The translations under genes and the position numbers were made by a program. Below are positions 1 to 9,776 of a stretch of DNA of 64,000 nucleotides, in pieces; the first letter of the stretch is position 1; each line of letters opens with the position of its first letter. Below the pieces are notes generated by a model that was not told the DNA's origin, did not search any database, and worked only from the letters and a program-made list of their open reading frames with translations. The DNA comes from an uncultured Gemmatimonadaceae bacterium (GTDB lineage: Bacteria; Gemmatimonadota; Gemmatimonadetes; Gemmatimonadales; Gemmatimonadaceae): assembly GCA_963790305.1 (NCBI GenBank), contig CAWBOC010000005.1, forward strand, positions 480,001 to 544,000. The letters run 5' to 3'.

Positions 1-1
1 G

Positions 2-835
2 CGCCTTCCTGTCGGACCGAGTGGGATCATCGAAGGCGCCGAGCCAATCGTGCGCGAGCGCGCCGGAACGAGGGAGGCCGTACTCCTCCTGCATGGCTTC
101 GGTGATACGCCGCAAACGCTGACCTATCTCGCGGATGAGCTCCACACGCGCGGGTGGGATGTGCACGCGCCACTGTTGCCGGGGCACGGGCGCACGCTTC
201 GCTCGTTCGCATCGTCGCGCTCGCAGCAATGGGTGGGCGCGGCGCGCGAGGCGCTGGACTATCTCCTCGCGCGGTACCAGCGCGTCGCGATCGTGGGACT
301 GTCGATGGGGGGAGCCCTCGCCGCGATACTGGCCGCCGAGCGTGACCGGGTGGTGGCGCTGGCGCTGCTCGCTCCCTACGTCGAGCTCCCACCGCGTCTG
401 CGCCGGCTCGTGAGGCACCACCAAATGATCCACGCGCTCACACCCGTGCTCCGAGGAAATAGCGAGCGCTCCATTCTCGACCCCGCCGAGCGCGCGCGAA
501 GTCTCGGATATCGCGCGATGACACCAACGCTCGCGCGGGAGCTCTCCATGCTGGCGGAGCGTGCGCGAACGGCCCTCCCCCGCATCCGCGTGCCCACGCT
601 GCTCGCGCAGTCGCGCCAGGACAACCGCCTCGCATCAGCAGTGGCCGATCGAGCTTTCGCCGCACTCGGCGCGAAGGACAAGGAGCTCGTGTGGCTCGAG
701 GGCGCAGGCCACGTGATCACCGTGGACTACGGCCGCGAGAAGCTCAACGAGACGGTCGCCGCCTGGCTCAGGCGATGGGCGGACGCCGGCGGTGCCAGTC
801 CGTACGAGTCTGATACTCCGACGCCGCCGCAATGA
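2..835 (+). CDS. Alpha/beta hydrolase (carboxylesterase/monoacylglycerol lipase-like), probably 5'-truncated by the window
   Basis: LLHGF oxyanion motif, GLSMGG nucleophile elbow, C-terminal GHVI catalytic His; the frame is open back to base 2 (RLPVGPSGIIEGAEPI). Confidence 0.85.
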   Translation, partial: RLPVGPSGIIEGAEPIVRERAGTREAVLLLHGFGDTPQTLTYLADELHTRGWDVHAPLLPGHGRTLRSFASSRSQQWVGAAREALDYLLARYQRVAIVGLSMGGALAAILAAERDRVVALALLAPYVELPPRLRRLVRHHQMIHALTPVLRGNSERSILDPAERARSLGYRAMTPTLARELSMLAERARTALPRIRVPTLLAQSRQDNRLASAVADRAFAALGAKDKELVWLEGAGHVITVDYGREKLNETVAAWLRRWADAGGASPYESDTPTPPQ

Positions 836-2192
836 GGAGCGTCTCCTCGAAGACGCGTCCAGTGAAGGTGAGAGAGGTCGGCAGCTGCTCGAGACCGAAT
901 CCGTTGGGGACCGCGAGACCGGGAAGCCCGGCAATGTTCGCTGCCGCGCCGAGTGGCTGAGTACGAATCCCTGGAGGCACGGGGACGGTTGGCCACGCCT
1001 CATTGAACGGCTTGCCGATGGGGAACGCGACGGTCCCGCGCGTTGGCGATACGACCGCGTCGTAGCGCGCGAACACCTCATCGAGGGCACGACCCATCGT
1101 GCCGCGGAGTCGCAGTGCCTTGAGGTAGTCCTTCGCGAGCACGACAGTGCCGGAGTATCCGCCATGTCGGTCTTCCGGTGCGCTGAGCAGCTTCGCGCGT
1201 CCGGTCTCCAGGAGATCCTCGAACGCGCTCGCTCCCTCGGCGTCAATGATCAGCGACGCCGCGGTACCGTACGGGTGATCGGGCAGCTCGACGTCGGGGA
1301 CGAGCTCGGCAAAGTCGGCGACAACGCGAAGCGACGCGTCGAAGTTGTCGGCAACCTCCTTCTGCACGCCGGCGGTGGCGTTCTTCAACACGCCAATGCG
1401 AAGCCGACGTCGCCGAGCCTGCTCGGGCGCATGCGCGAACTCTCGGGTGCTCGCGGATGGATCGCGCGGGTCGGGTCCCGCGATGGCGGCAAGCACGAGC
1501 CCACAGTCGTCGGCGGTGCGACACATTGGCCCGAGCTTGTCCATCGACCATGACAGCGCCATCGCGCCGTGTCGGCTCACGCGCCCGTAGGTCGGACGCA
1601 GTCCGGTAATCCCGCTGAACGCCGCCGGCGTGGTGATCGACCCCCACGTTTCACTCCCGATTGCGAACGGCACGAGCGCCGCACTGACGGCAGCGCCTGG
1701 TCCCGATGAGGAGCCTCCCGCCCAGTAGCGAAGATTCCATGGTGAACGAGCCGGGCCGGTGAACGAGGCATCCGCCTGACGATATCCAAAGCCTCCGGCT
1801 AGCTCGATCATGGCGAGCTTCGCGACGAGCACCGCGCCCGCGCGCGTGAGGCGCTGCACAACCGTTGCGTCGAAGTCGAAGCGCTGCTCGCGATATGGTG
1901 CCGCGCCCCATGTGGTGAGGTCGCCGGCGGTGGCGAGGAGATCCTTCACCCCATACGGAATTCCGTGAAGTGGCCCGCGCCACTGCCCGGCAGCGATCTC
2001 GCGCTCAGCGGCGCGCGCCTCGCGTAGCGCACGGTCGCGCGTGATGGTGACCACGGCGCCGAGCCTCGGCCCGTACTGCTCCAGTCGCTGCAGGTACGCT
2101 TCCGCGAGCTCGACGGGGGATAGCCTCCGTGCGCGGATGGCATCGCTCAAGTCGCGAACGCTGCCGTAGAGAACGTCGTCGGGGACGGTCAC
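768..2192 (-). CDS. Amidase signature family protein (GatA-like amidase)
   Basis: GPLHGIPYGVKDL (Lys), GGSSSG and GSETWGSI give the Ser-cisSer-Lys triad; GLRPTYGRVS. Confidence 0.92.
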   Translation of the reverse strand: MTVPDDVLYGSVRDLSDAIRARRLSPVELAEAYLQRLEQYGPRLGAVVTITRDRALREARAAEREIAAGQWRGPLHGIPYGVKDLLATAGDLTTWGAAPYREQRFDFDATVVQRLTRAGAVLVAKLAMIELAGGFGYRQADASFTGPARSPWNLRYWAGGSSSGPGAAVSAALVPFAIGSETWGSITTPAAFSGITGLRPTYGRVSRHGAMALSWSMDKLGPMCRTADDCGLVLAAIAGPDPRDPSASTREFAHAPEQARRRRLRIGVLKNATAGVQKEVADNFDASLRVVADFAELVPDVELPDHPYGTAASLIIDAEGASAFEDLLETGRAKLLSAPEDRHGGYSGTVVLAKDYLKALRLRGTMGRALDEVFARYDAVVSPTRGTVAFPIGKPFNEAWPTVPVPPGIRTQPLGAAANIAGLPGLAVPNGFGLEQLPTSLTFTGRVFEETLLIAAASEYQTRTDWHRRRPPIA

Positions 2193-2521
2193 TGGTCGCC
2201 TCCCCGGTGGACCGCGAACACGACATCGGGCTCGGTCCCATTGGGCAACAGGATGGCGCGCAGCCGGTCGGATGCTCGAAGCCCGCTCACAATGTCCTCT
2301 CGTACGCCCGCCATTTGCTCGTCGGTGAGGTGTGCACCGTACCGGCGCCTCACGAGTTGCGCCATCGCGTCGGCGAGCGCTGCGTTGCCGTCGGCATCCG
2401 CGCTCGACGGTGATGCATTTGGAGCAGGAATACTCGGTGCGGGCGGGACGGGCGGCGTTCCGACGCAGGCGCCCAGGGTGGCGGCGCCGAGCGTGAGCGT
2501 GAAATCACGACGAGTGGGCAT
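2189..2521 (-). CDS. Small Tat-signal lipoprotein, possible GatC/AtzG-like amidase partner
   Basis: MPTRRDF twin-arginine motif, LGAC lipobox, C-terminal LPNGTEPDVVF; stop overlaps the amidase start. Confidence 0.7.
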   Translation of the reverse strand: MPTRRDFTLTLGAATLGACVGTPPVPPAPSIPAPNASPSSADADGNAALADAMAQLVRRRYGAHLTDEQMAGVREDIVSGLRASDRLRAILLPNGTEPDVVFAVHRGGDQ

Positions 2522-2548
2522 GCGATCCTCGGTGGGCGCTGGATGCAA

Positions 2549-2574
2549 GACGGGGCGGCATTTGCCGCCCCGTC
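2549..2574 (-). terminator. Hairpin after the basic protein gene
   Basis: GACGGGGCGGCA-TT-TGCCGCCCCGTC inverted repeat. Confidence 0.55.
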
Positions 2575-2599
2575 ATCGTGCACCACGGTCGCCGCGCGA

Positions 2600-2968
2600 T
2601 CAAGTCACCCGATCGACCAGATTGCCGATGACTTCCGGCACGCGCTGCGCTGCATCTCCCGCCTGCTTCATCACCGTCGATGCCACACGCTTCGCGCGCG
2701 CGACTGGTGACTGCTTCCGCGCGCGCTTGCGACCACCAGACCGCTTGCGGCCACCGGAGCGCTTCCGCGCGGATGACTTCCGAGCCGAACCCCGTGCGGA
2801 TGATTTGCGACGGGACGACTTGCGCGCTGCGGATTTCCGTCCGCCGGATTTCCTGCGCGCGCTCTTTCTACCGGTCGACTTTCGACCGCTCGACTTCCGG
2901 CCGGCCGACTTCCGGCGCCGCCCACCCGAACGCGCTTTACCGCGAGACGACCGCTTCTTCGTCGCCAT
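2600..2968 (-). CDS. Histone H1-like basic protein with RKS repeats
   Basis: MATKKRSSRGK... with repeated (G/A/S)RKS units and a short helical C-terminus. Confidence 0.7.
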   Translation of the reverse strand: MATKKRSSRGKARSGGRRRKSAGRKSSGRKSTGRKSARRKSGGRKSAARKSSRRKSSARGSARKSSARKRSGGRKRSGGRKRARKQSPVARAKRVASTVMKQAGDAAQRVPEVIGNLVDRVT

Positions 2969-3049
2969 GGCAATGCTCTCCAAGTTGAGAGTTGGGTGCT
3001 CGCACGTCTTGGCAAGAATCGCGCGCGCGCAGCACCGTGGCGCGGCGCA

Positions 3050-3343
3050 TTATGGAGCATCGGAACGTGGTCGGCGCTGCATCGCGGTCCACCGTGCAAG
3101 ACGACGCGCCAGCTCCGCATCATCCCCCGCGAGCGCGCGCAGCTCCGTCAGTACCGCGTCGCGGGATGTGCCTCGGGCTTCCGCTATCAACGGCGGCTCC
3201 CCTATGCCCTGCCGCTCCGGATCGGCGCGTCGCTCGACCTGCAGCCGCGCGACGACGTCATTCGGGTCTCGCTCATCGACCGTGATGATCACGATGCGCC
3301 CGCCGGGCGAATCGTGCCGGTACACCGTGAGACCGTGCTCCAT
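3050..3343 (-). CDS. Small hypothetical protein (paralog of 11459-11710)
   Basis: ORF from MEHGLTVY; shares VERRxDPxR...EPPxIAEARGTSR with the 11459 ORF. Confidence 0.75.
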   Translation of the reverse strand: MEHGLTVYRHDSPGGRIVIITVDERDPNDVVARLQVERRADPERQGIGEPPLIAEARGTSRDAVLTELRALAGDDAELARRLARWTAMQRRPRSDAP

Positions 3344-3422
3344 GACACGTGAACATGGACGAACGACGAACGTCGCGGAAGGGAAGACGCATTGCGGATT
3401 GCGGATCGAACTGCATGAACCC

Positions 3423-4451
3423 TCATGCTCGTTTGACCCTCGTCTCTCCATGCGCCAGGACCCACAGGTTCTCCTCCGGCAGCGCCGCGCGCTTCCACGC
3501 TTCCCGCGTACGTCGCGGAGGCTCTAAAACCGGCTCGTCGGTGAGACGAAAGGTCCCCCAATGAATTCCGACCATTGCAGCGTTCCTGGCGAGGCCGTGG
3601 TGCGCATGTAGTGCACGAAAGGCGCTCACCGCGTCGTCCGGGTTGACGTGAACGGCCTGCATGAACCATCGCGGCTCATAGGCGCCGATGGGGATCGCGC
3701 TGACTACGAACGGACCGAACCGCTCACCAATGCGCGCGAACTCCGGATGGAACCCGGTATCGCCCGCGTAGAAAAAACGCCCCGCGGAAGTCGCGACCGC
3801 GAAGCCGCACCACAGCGTGCGATTGCGGTCGAAGGGCGTGCGAGCGCTGAAGTGTCGCGCCGGCGTGCACGCGACCGTCGCGTCTCCCACGCGTCGCTCG
3901 TCCCACCAGTCCAGTTCTGTGATGTAGCGCACTCCCAGCGATCGCACCAAGCCGCCGAGTCGCAGAGGGACAACCCACTGCGCATCGGACTGCGCCGCGG
4001 CGAGGGCTCGCACCGTCCAGGCGTCGAGATGGTCGTAGTGGTTGTGCGAGAGGAGGACGATGTCGATAGGTGGCAGCTCCGCGATCGGCAGCGCTGCCGG
4101 GATGAGGCGTCGCGGCCCGACCGTGCGCCACGGCGATGCCCTCTCGCTCCAGACGGGATCGGTGAGAATGTTGAGCGGACCAAGCTGCACGAGCAGTGTC
4201 GAATGACCAACCCAGGTGATTGCGATCTCGTTCGACCCCGCGCGGGGTGATCGCAGCGACGACGGCACGGCGTGCAACGTCCGGGCGCCGTCATCGCGGG
4301 GAAGCGGATGTCGCATGCGGTTCCAGCGCCACTTCAACAAGCCCGCGAACCGCGACTCGGCGAGGCCCCACGGATTGCGAAACTTCCCGTTGGGCGTGTG
4401 GTGCGATGGAGCCTTTGGCGGCGAACCCTCGGCGTGCTCTCTCTCGCTCAC
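3423..4451 (-). CDS. MBL-fold metallo-hydrolase (NAPE-PLD/RomA-like)
   Basis: WVGHSTLL, LTDPVWS, SHNHYDHLD, GDTG, IGAYEP and IHWGTF motifs. Confidence 0.9.
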   Translation of the reverse strand: MSEREHAEGSPPKAPSHHTPNGKFRNPWGLAESRFAGLLKWRWNRMRHPLPRDDGARTLHAVPSSLRSPRAGSNEIAITWVGHSTLLVQLGPLNILTDPVWSERASPWRTVGPRRLIPAALPIAELPPIDIVLLSHNHYDHLDAWTVRALAAAQSDAQWVVPLRLGGLVRSLGVRYITELDWWDERRVGDATVACTPARHFSARTPFDRNRTLWCGFAVATSAGRFFYAGDTGFHPEFARIGERFGPFVVSAIPIGAYEPRWFMQAVHVNPDDAVSAFRALHAHHGLARNAAMVGIHWGTFRLTDEPVLEPPRRTREAWKRAALPEENLWVLAHGETRVKRA

Positions 4452-5560
4452 TCGCCGAATGCAGCGAGATTTTCGTCCAGATGTGCGATGCTCCGCATTC
4501 CGACGAGCGCCGTCGATACCGGAAGACTCGTGACGAAGGAGAGCGCCCGCTGCGCATCGGTGGAAAACCCGGGAAGCGCCTCGCGAACCTCCGGGGGCAG
4601 GCCCGTGGCGAGACGCGCCTGCAACAGCGATGCACTCGCGACCACCGAGATCCCGAGCTCAGCCGCGGCGTGCATGAACGGCATCTCTCGCCCGCGTACC
4701 CGCTGCGTCGGCACGCGCACCGCCTCGGGCATGGCCAGGTTGATGGGAAGCTGCACGACACGAAACCGATGGTCGGGACCGCCAACGTCGTGCGCGGCGG
4801 CGACGACCTCCGCCAACTCGAGATGACCTCGCGTTCCCCGGGCCGCCCGGAAGCCGTTCCACGTCGCGCACCCATAGCGGGCGATGTCCCCTGCATCGCA
4901 CCGCGATTCGAGCATGGCGAACGTCTCGCGAAGCCGGTCGAGCAGCTGTGAGGGCTTGATCACATCGAGCTGCTGCTCCGGATTGTGCACGTAATACACG
5001 TCGATCGTCTCGAGCCCCATGTTCTCGCGACTGCGACGGAGCTGATCGGCCAGGAATCCCGGTGCGACGCTATGCGCATCGGCGACGACGTCGTCCGGGG
5101 AAAGGACTCCGTTCGCGAAATACTCCCGCTCGAGAAACGCGCGGTATTCCTCACGGGATGCCGGGGCGTTGTTGTCGAGCGGGATATAGCCGCCTTTCGT
5201 GCAGAGGACGATCTCCTCGCGCGCCACGAGCCCGCCAGCGATCGCCGCGCGAACTGCCCGGCCGACGACTCGCTCAGACCGCTGACACCGGTAGTTGATC
5301 GCGGTGTCCAGCAGGTTGATGCCACGTTCAATCGCCGCGCGAGCCGCGGCGTCGTAGCGATCGTCATCCGCCTCATCGCACTCGCCCAGGTAGGTCCCGA
5401 GCCCCACCGTCGACACGCGAAGCATCCGGTCGAGCGGACGATGGAACTCCTCGCCTCGGCGCTTCGCGAATCGCTCGGCGTGGCGCAACGTGGCTTTCGC
5501 CGTCGCTCGTCCAACCAGTAGCGGCACGGTCGCGGTGGCAGTCACGGGTGTCTTCACCAT
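4448..5560 (-). CDS. Aldo/keto reductase
   Basis: GLGTYLG, DTAINY, TKGG and DVYYVHNP AKR motifs. Confidence 0.88.
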   Translation of the reverse strand: MVKTPVTATATVPLLVGRATAKATLRHAERFAKRRGEEFHRPLDRMLRVSTVGLGTYLGECDEADDDRYDAAARAAIERGINLLDTAINYRCQRSERVVGRAVRAAIAGGLVAREEIVLCTKGGYIPLDNNAPASREEYRAFLEREYFANGVLSPDDVVADAHSVAPGFLADQLRRSRENMGLETIDVYYVHNPEQQLDVIKPSQLLDRLRETFAMLESRCDAGDIARYGCATWNGFRAARGTRGHLELAEVVAAAHDVGGPDHRFRVVQLPINLAMPEAVRVPTQRVRGREMPFMHAAAELGISVVASASLLQARLATGLPPEVREALPGFSTDAQRALSFVTSLPVSTALVGMRSIAHLDENLAAFGE

Positions 5561-5757
5561 GCTGACGCTACGCGATGAGACAACGCGCGCAAGGGCACGG
5601 ACATGTCACGAACGACAAAAATGATCGTCTTTGCCTCTGGAGGTAGCTTCGGGCACGATGCGTGCTTAAGTTACGAGTAGCCGGCCCGGGCCTCGCATAC
5701 TCGAGACCGGGCCGTTCCGTCACCATTGCGGCAGTCGCTACACGGAGGAGCACCAAG

Positions 5758-6504
5758 ATGTTGGATTTTGCCAGCTGGGCGTCGCACTGGTGGATACCAG
5801 TGCTGTTCGTCATCGTCGCGGGACACCTCACGAATGTCTGCGTGACGTTGTTCCTGCACCGCATGCAGACGCACCGTGGAGTCCAGTTCCACGCGCTGGT
5901 CGCCGTGCCGATGCGCCTCTGGCTGTGGCTCTCCACGGGTATCATCACGAAAGAGTGGGTCGCCTGCCATCGCAAGCACCACGCGTTCGCCGACCGGGAA
6001 GGCGATCCGCATTCGCCGCTCCTCGAGGGGCTGCGCAACATCGTCCTCAAGGGCGCGCTCTATTATCGCCAGGCGATTCGTCAGCCGGGCATGGTCGACA
6101 AGTACGGCAAGGGCACGCCGAACGACTGGCTCGAGCGCACGCTGCTGACGCCGCTGAACTGGCTCGGCATCGTCGTAATGCTCACCGTCGACATCTACCT
6201 GTTCGGCTTCTTCGTCGGCGGGCTCGTCTGGGGCGTTCAAATGCTCTGGATTCCCTTCTGGGCCGCCGGCATCGTCAACGGCATCGGGCACGCGCTCGGG
6301 TACCGCAACTTCGACGTGAAGGATGAGAGCCGCAACATTACTCCGATCGCGATCTGGCTCGGGGGCGAAGAGCTGCACAACAACCATCACGCCGACCCCC
6401 ACTCCGCGAAGTTCGGCGCGAAGTGGTATGAGCTGGACATTGGCTGGGTCTACATCCGGCTGCTTCAGGTCTTCGGGCTGGCGAAGGTCAAGTACGCCCG
6501 GTAA
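5758..6504 (+). CDS. Acyl-CoA/fatty acid delta-9 desaturase (DesA-like)
   Basis: His boxes HRMQTH, HRKHH and HNNHH; GGAGGAG RBS before ATG 5758. Confidence 0.92.
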   Translation: MLDFASWASHWWIPVLFVIVAGHLTNVCVTLFLHRMQTHRGVQFHALVAVPMRLWLWLSTGIITKEWVACHRKHHAFADREGDPHSPLLEGLRNIVLKGALYYRQAIRQPGMVDKYGKGTPNDWLERTLLTPLNWLGIVVMLTVDIYLFGFFVGGLVWGVQMLWIPFWAAGIVNGIGHALGYRNFDVKDESRNITPIAIWLGGEELHNNHHADPHSAKFGAKWYELDIGWVYIRLLQVFGLAKVKYAR

Positions 6505-6608
6505 CACGCGGTACGGGCAGGCCAAGACGTGGGTCGAGGGTTATCGTTCAACGACGAGCCCTTGACCCTTTTTCTTGGCCTCCAGTCCGCTTTACCACGA
6601 GAGGACCC

Positions 6609-6887
6609 ATGACCGACATAGCCTGCTCTCGCTGCGGCAACACGCGCGCGGGTTTCGAGCGTTCACCCTTCCCCGGTGCCGTAGGCGAGCGCGTTCAGCG
6701 TGAGATCTGCACCGTGTGCTGGGGCGAGTGGAATCGCCAGCAGATGATGCTCATCAACCATTACGGGTTGAACCTCATGGACCCGCAGGCGCGCCAGTTT
6801 CTCACCAAGAACATGGAGGCGTTCCTGTTCGGCGCGGGACCGAGCGAGCAGGTCGACACCACCAAGCAGGGAACGATCAACTGGTGA
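6609..6887 (+). CDS. yggX: Fe(II)-trafficking / oxidative damage protection protein
   Basis: FPGAVGERV...CWGEW...MLINHYGLN...ARQFL...MEAFLF pattern typical of YggX. Confidence 0.85.
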   Translation: MTDIACSRCGNTRAGFERSPFPGAVGERVQREICTVCWGEWNRQQMMLINHYGLNLMDPQARQFLTKNMEAFLFGAGPSEQVDTTKQGTINW

Positions 6888-7729
6888 ACGGCGGCCGGCA
6901 TCGCGTCCGCCGCGCGTATCGCAATCTCTTCGTAGCGTCCTCCCTCCTCGCCGCGTGCACGGACACTTCCTCGATCGGGATCGAGGAGGAGCGCGAGATG
7001 GGCCTCGCCGTCGCGGAGCAGGCCGCGCGCGAAATGCCGCTGCTGCAGGACGAGCCAGTCGTCCGCTTCGTGCGTGAGCTCGGCGGCCACATCGTGGATC
7101 GGGCCGACACGACCGGTCGAGCCTACGAGTTCCGGGTCATCGACTCCGAGATGGCGAACGCGTTCGCCATCCCTGGAGGGTTCATTTTCGTCAACCGCGG
7201 CATTCTCGAGCGCGCCGAGAGCGCCTCGGAGCTCGCCGGCGTCCTGGCCCACGAGATCGGGCACGTGGTCGAGCGCCACGGTCTCGAGCAGATGTCGAAG
7301 GCGCAGAATACGAATGTCATCGTCAGCCTCGTCTACGTACTGCTTGGGCGCGCTCCGGGCGGTGCAGAGCAGGTGGCGCTCCAGGTCGCGGGCAGCGCGT
7401 GGATGGCGAAGCATAGCCGCGAGGCGGAGCGTGAAGCCGACCGGGTGGCGGTCGTCTATCTCGCACGCGCCGGGCTCGACCCGCGCGGCATGCCTCAGTT
7501 TTTTCAACGACTGCTCGATGAAGATCGCACCAGTCCAAGCGAGCTCCTCGCGTGGTTCTCGACGCATCCCGTTACGGAAGATCGCATTGCCGACACCGAA
7601 GCGATGATCGCGCAGCTTCCGCCTGCCGCCGTCGAGCGCGCGGCGACCGACCTCCCGCAGTTCGCCCAGATGCGGCGCCGTCTGGCGAGTCTTCCCGCAG
7701 CTCCACCGGATCCTCGCACGCTTCCATGA
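6884..7729 (+). CDS. M48 family zinc metallopeptidase, lipoprotein (BepA/YfgC-like core)
   Basis: NAFAIPGG, HEIGH, EREAD, STHP; LAAC lipobox; GTG start overlaps the yggX stop. Confidence 0.9.
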   Translation: MNGGRHRVRRAYRNLFVASSLLAACTDTSSIGIEEEREMGLAVAEQAAREMPLLQDEPVVRFVRELGGHIVDRADTTGRAYEFRVIDSEMANAFAIPGGFIFVNRGILERAESASELAGVLAHEIGHVVERHGLEQMSKAQNTNVIVSLVYVLLGRAPGGAEQVALQVAGSAWMAKHSREAEREADRVAVVYLARAGLDPRGMPQFFQRLLDEDRTSPSELLAWFSTHPVTEDRIADTEAMIAQLPPAAVERAATDLPQFAQMRRRLASLPAAPPDPRTLP

Positions 7730-7777
7730 TCATGGTGAGGCGGCGCGCGCCGTCTTACATTGCCGAGCACCCATCCG

Positions 7778-9644
7778 ATGCATGTGTTGAATAGGGCCAC
7801 GACCTTCGCGAGGGCACTCGCGCTCATCGCACTCTCCGCGTGCGCGGGGTCGACGCCTACGCCAGCGGCCGCCCCTCCGATCTCGACCGACTCCGGAAGT
7901 GTCGCCGTCGCGCCCCCTCGGGCCGCGGCCGACTGGGTGGATTCGGTGCTCGCGTCGCTGTCGCTTCGAGAGAAAGCGGCGCAGATGGTATGGCCGACCG
8001 TGTACGGAGATTATTCCTCGAGCGATTCCCCACAGTGGGAGACGCTGAGACGCCTGATCCAGGAAGAGCGTGTCGGCGGGTTCACGGTGTCGGTGGGATC
8101 GCCCGTGGAGATCGCGGTAAAGCTCGACGCCATGCAGCGGATGAGCCGCGTTCCACTGCTTTTCGGCGCCGACTTCGAGTTTGGCGCCGGCTACCGCGCA
8201 CGGGGCGGTTGGTTCCTCCCGAACGCCATCGACCTGGGTGGCGCGGTCGTCTTTCCGCCGCAAATGGCGCTTGGAGCCACCGGCGACACGTCGCTCGCCT
8301 ACGAGCAGGGTCGAGTGACAGCGCTCGAGGGACGGGCTCTGGGCGTCCACGTCGCCTACGCACCGATTCTCGACGTCAATAACAATCCCGCCAATCCGGT
8401 CATCAATACGCGGTCCTACGGCGAGGATCCAGCACTGGCGGCGCGGTTGGGCGCGGCATTCGTGCGTGGACTTCAAGACCACGGCATGATCGCGACCGGA
8501 AAGCATTTTCCCGGACACGGCGACACCGAGGTCAATTCCCATTCTCGCGCTGCCGGTCGTTGGAGTTTCGAGGGCCAGGCTCGACACGGTCGAGCTCGTG
8601 CCATTTCGCGCATCGGTCGCCGCTGGCGTCGGCGCCATCATGACGTTCCACGGTGCCATGCCAGCGCTCGATTCGACAGGAGCGCCAGGGACGCTGTCGC
8701 GGAAGGTGCTCGGCGACCTGCTTCGCGGTGAGCTCGACTTCGAGGGTGTCGTGATTTCAGACGCGATGGACATGCGCGGCGTCCTCGACAAGTATGGCGC
8801 CGTCGAGGCGGCCATCCGCGCCGTGGAAGCTGGCGCCGACGTGCTGATTCAGCCGCTCGATGCGCGTCAAGCCATCGAAGCGATCGTGCAGGGCGTGTCG
8901 AGTGGTCGATACGACGAGGCGCGAATAGACGCGTCCGTTCGTCGGTTACTCGAGGCCAAGCGACGCGTTGGTCTCGATCGGCGCCGCTCGATCCCGATCG
9001 ACAGCGTGAGATTCGCGGTCGGGGATTCCGACCACGTTGCCATCGCGCGAACGATCGCTGAGCGATCGATGACGCTCGTCCGTGACTCGCTCAAGCAGCT
9101 ACCGCTCTCGAGGCTCCCACGCTCGCGACGTGTGCTGTCGATCACGCTGGCGCGTCGGACGGACCTCGGGGCGGGTGGCGCATTCGACGCCGAGCTTCGC
9201 CGCCACTTCTCGTCGGTTCGCTCGGAGCTGGTGAATGCCGATGCTCCGGCGAACGCCGAATGGGAACGGCTCCTCCGCTTCGCCAGATCCTTCGACGTCG
9301 TGATCGTGAGCTCCTACGTGTCCCACGCCTGGAATGCCACGAGCGCCGAGGCTCCGAAGGAGTTCGCGAACTTCGTGAAGGCGCTGGTGACGGCGCGCAA
9401 GCGCCCGATTGTCGTTTCCCTCGGCAATCCGTATCTCTTGCAGCAGATTCGCGGCGTGCCTGCGTATTTGATCGCATGGAGCGGGATCGGTGCTTCACAG
9501 CGAGCGGCGGCTCGTGCCTTGCTCGGCACGAATGCGATCACTGGACGGTTGCCGATTCGCATTCCACCAAGTACATCACTTGGTGCGGGATTGATGCGCG
9601 GTGGGGATTCGGTGAGCGCTCGCACTTCTGGAACGCAGCGCTAA
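7778..9644 (+). CDS. GH3 beta-N-acetylglucosaminidase-like lipoprotein; apparent +1 frameshift near 8543
   Basis: KHFPGHGDTEVNSH and SDAMDM motifs lie in two frames; removing one T restores SHLALPVV...ELVPFR. Confidence 0.85.
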
Positions 9645-9748
9645 CCGGCGAGCGTTCTGATTGACGGGTTAGAAAGAAACCGCTATATAGTCGCGCTTCG
9701 CGACGAGCAGCATCGATAGGCGCGGAACGCGACCAATTTCGGGGAGAC

Positions 9749-9776
9749 TTGACATTAGTGACTGAGTGTGACTAAT
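9749..9776 (+). promoter_or_regulatory. Putative promoter (-35 TTGACA) with an overlapping palindromic operator upstream of the NrtR-like gene
   Basis: TTGACA at 9749-9754; ATTAGTGAC-N5-GTGACTAAT inverted repeat with one mismatch. Confidence 0.55.

Noticed and set aside
2241..3527. 428-aa plus-strand ORF with DFR repeats
   Set aside because: Antisense of the RKS-repeat gene and its neighbours; a high-GC stop-poor artefact.
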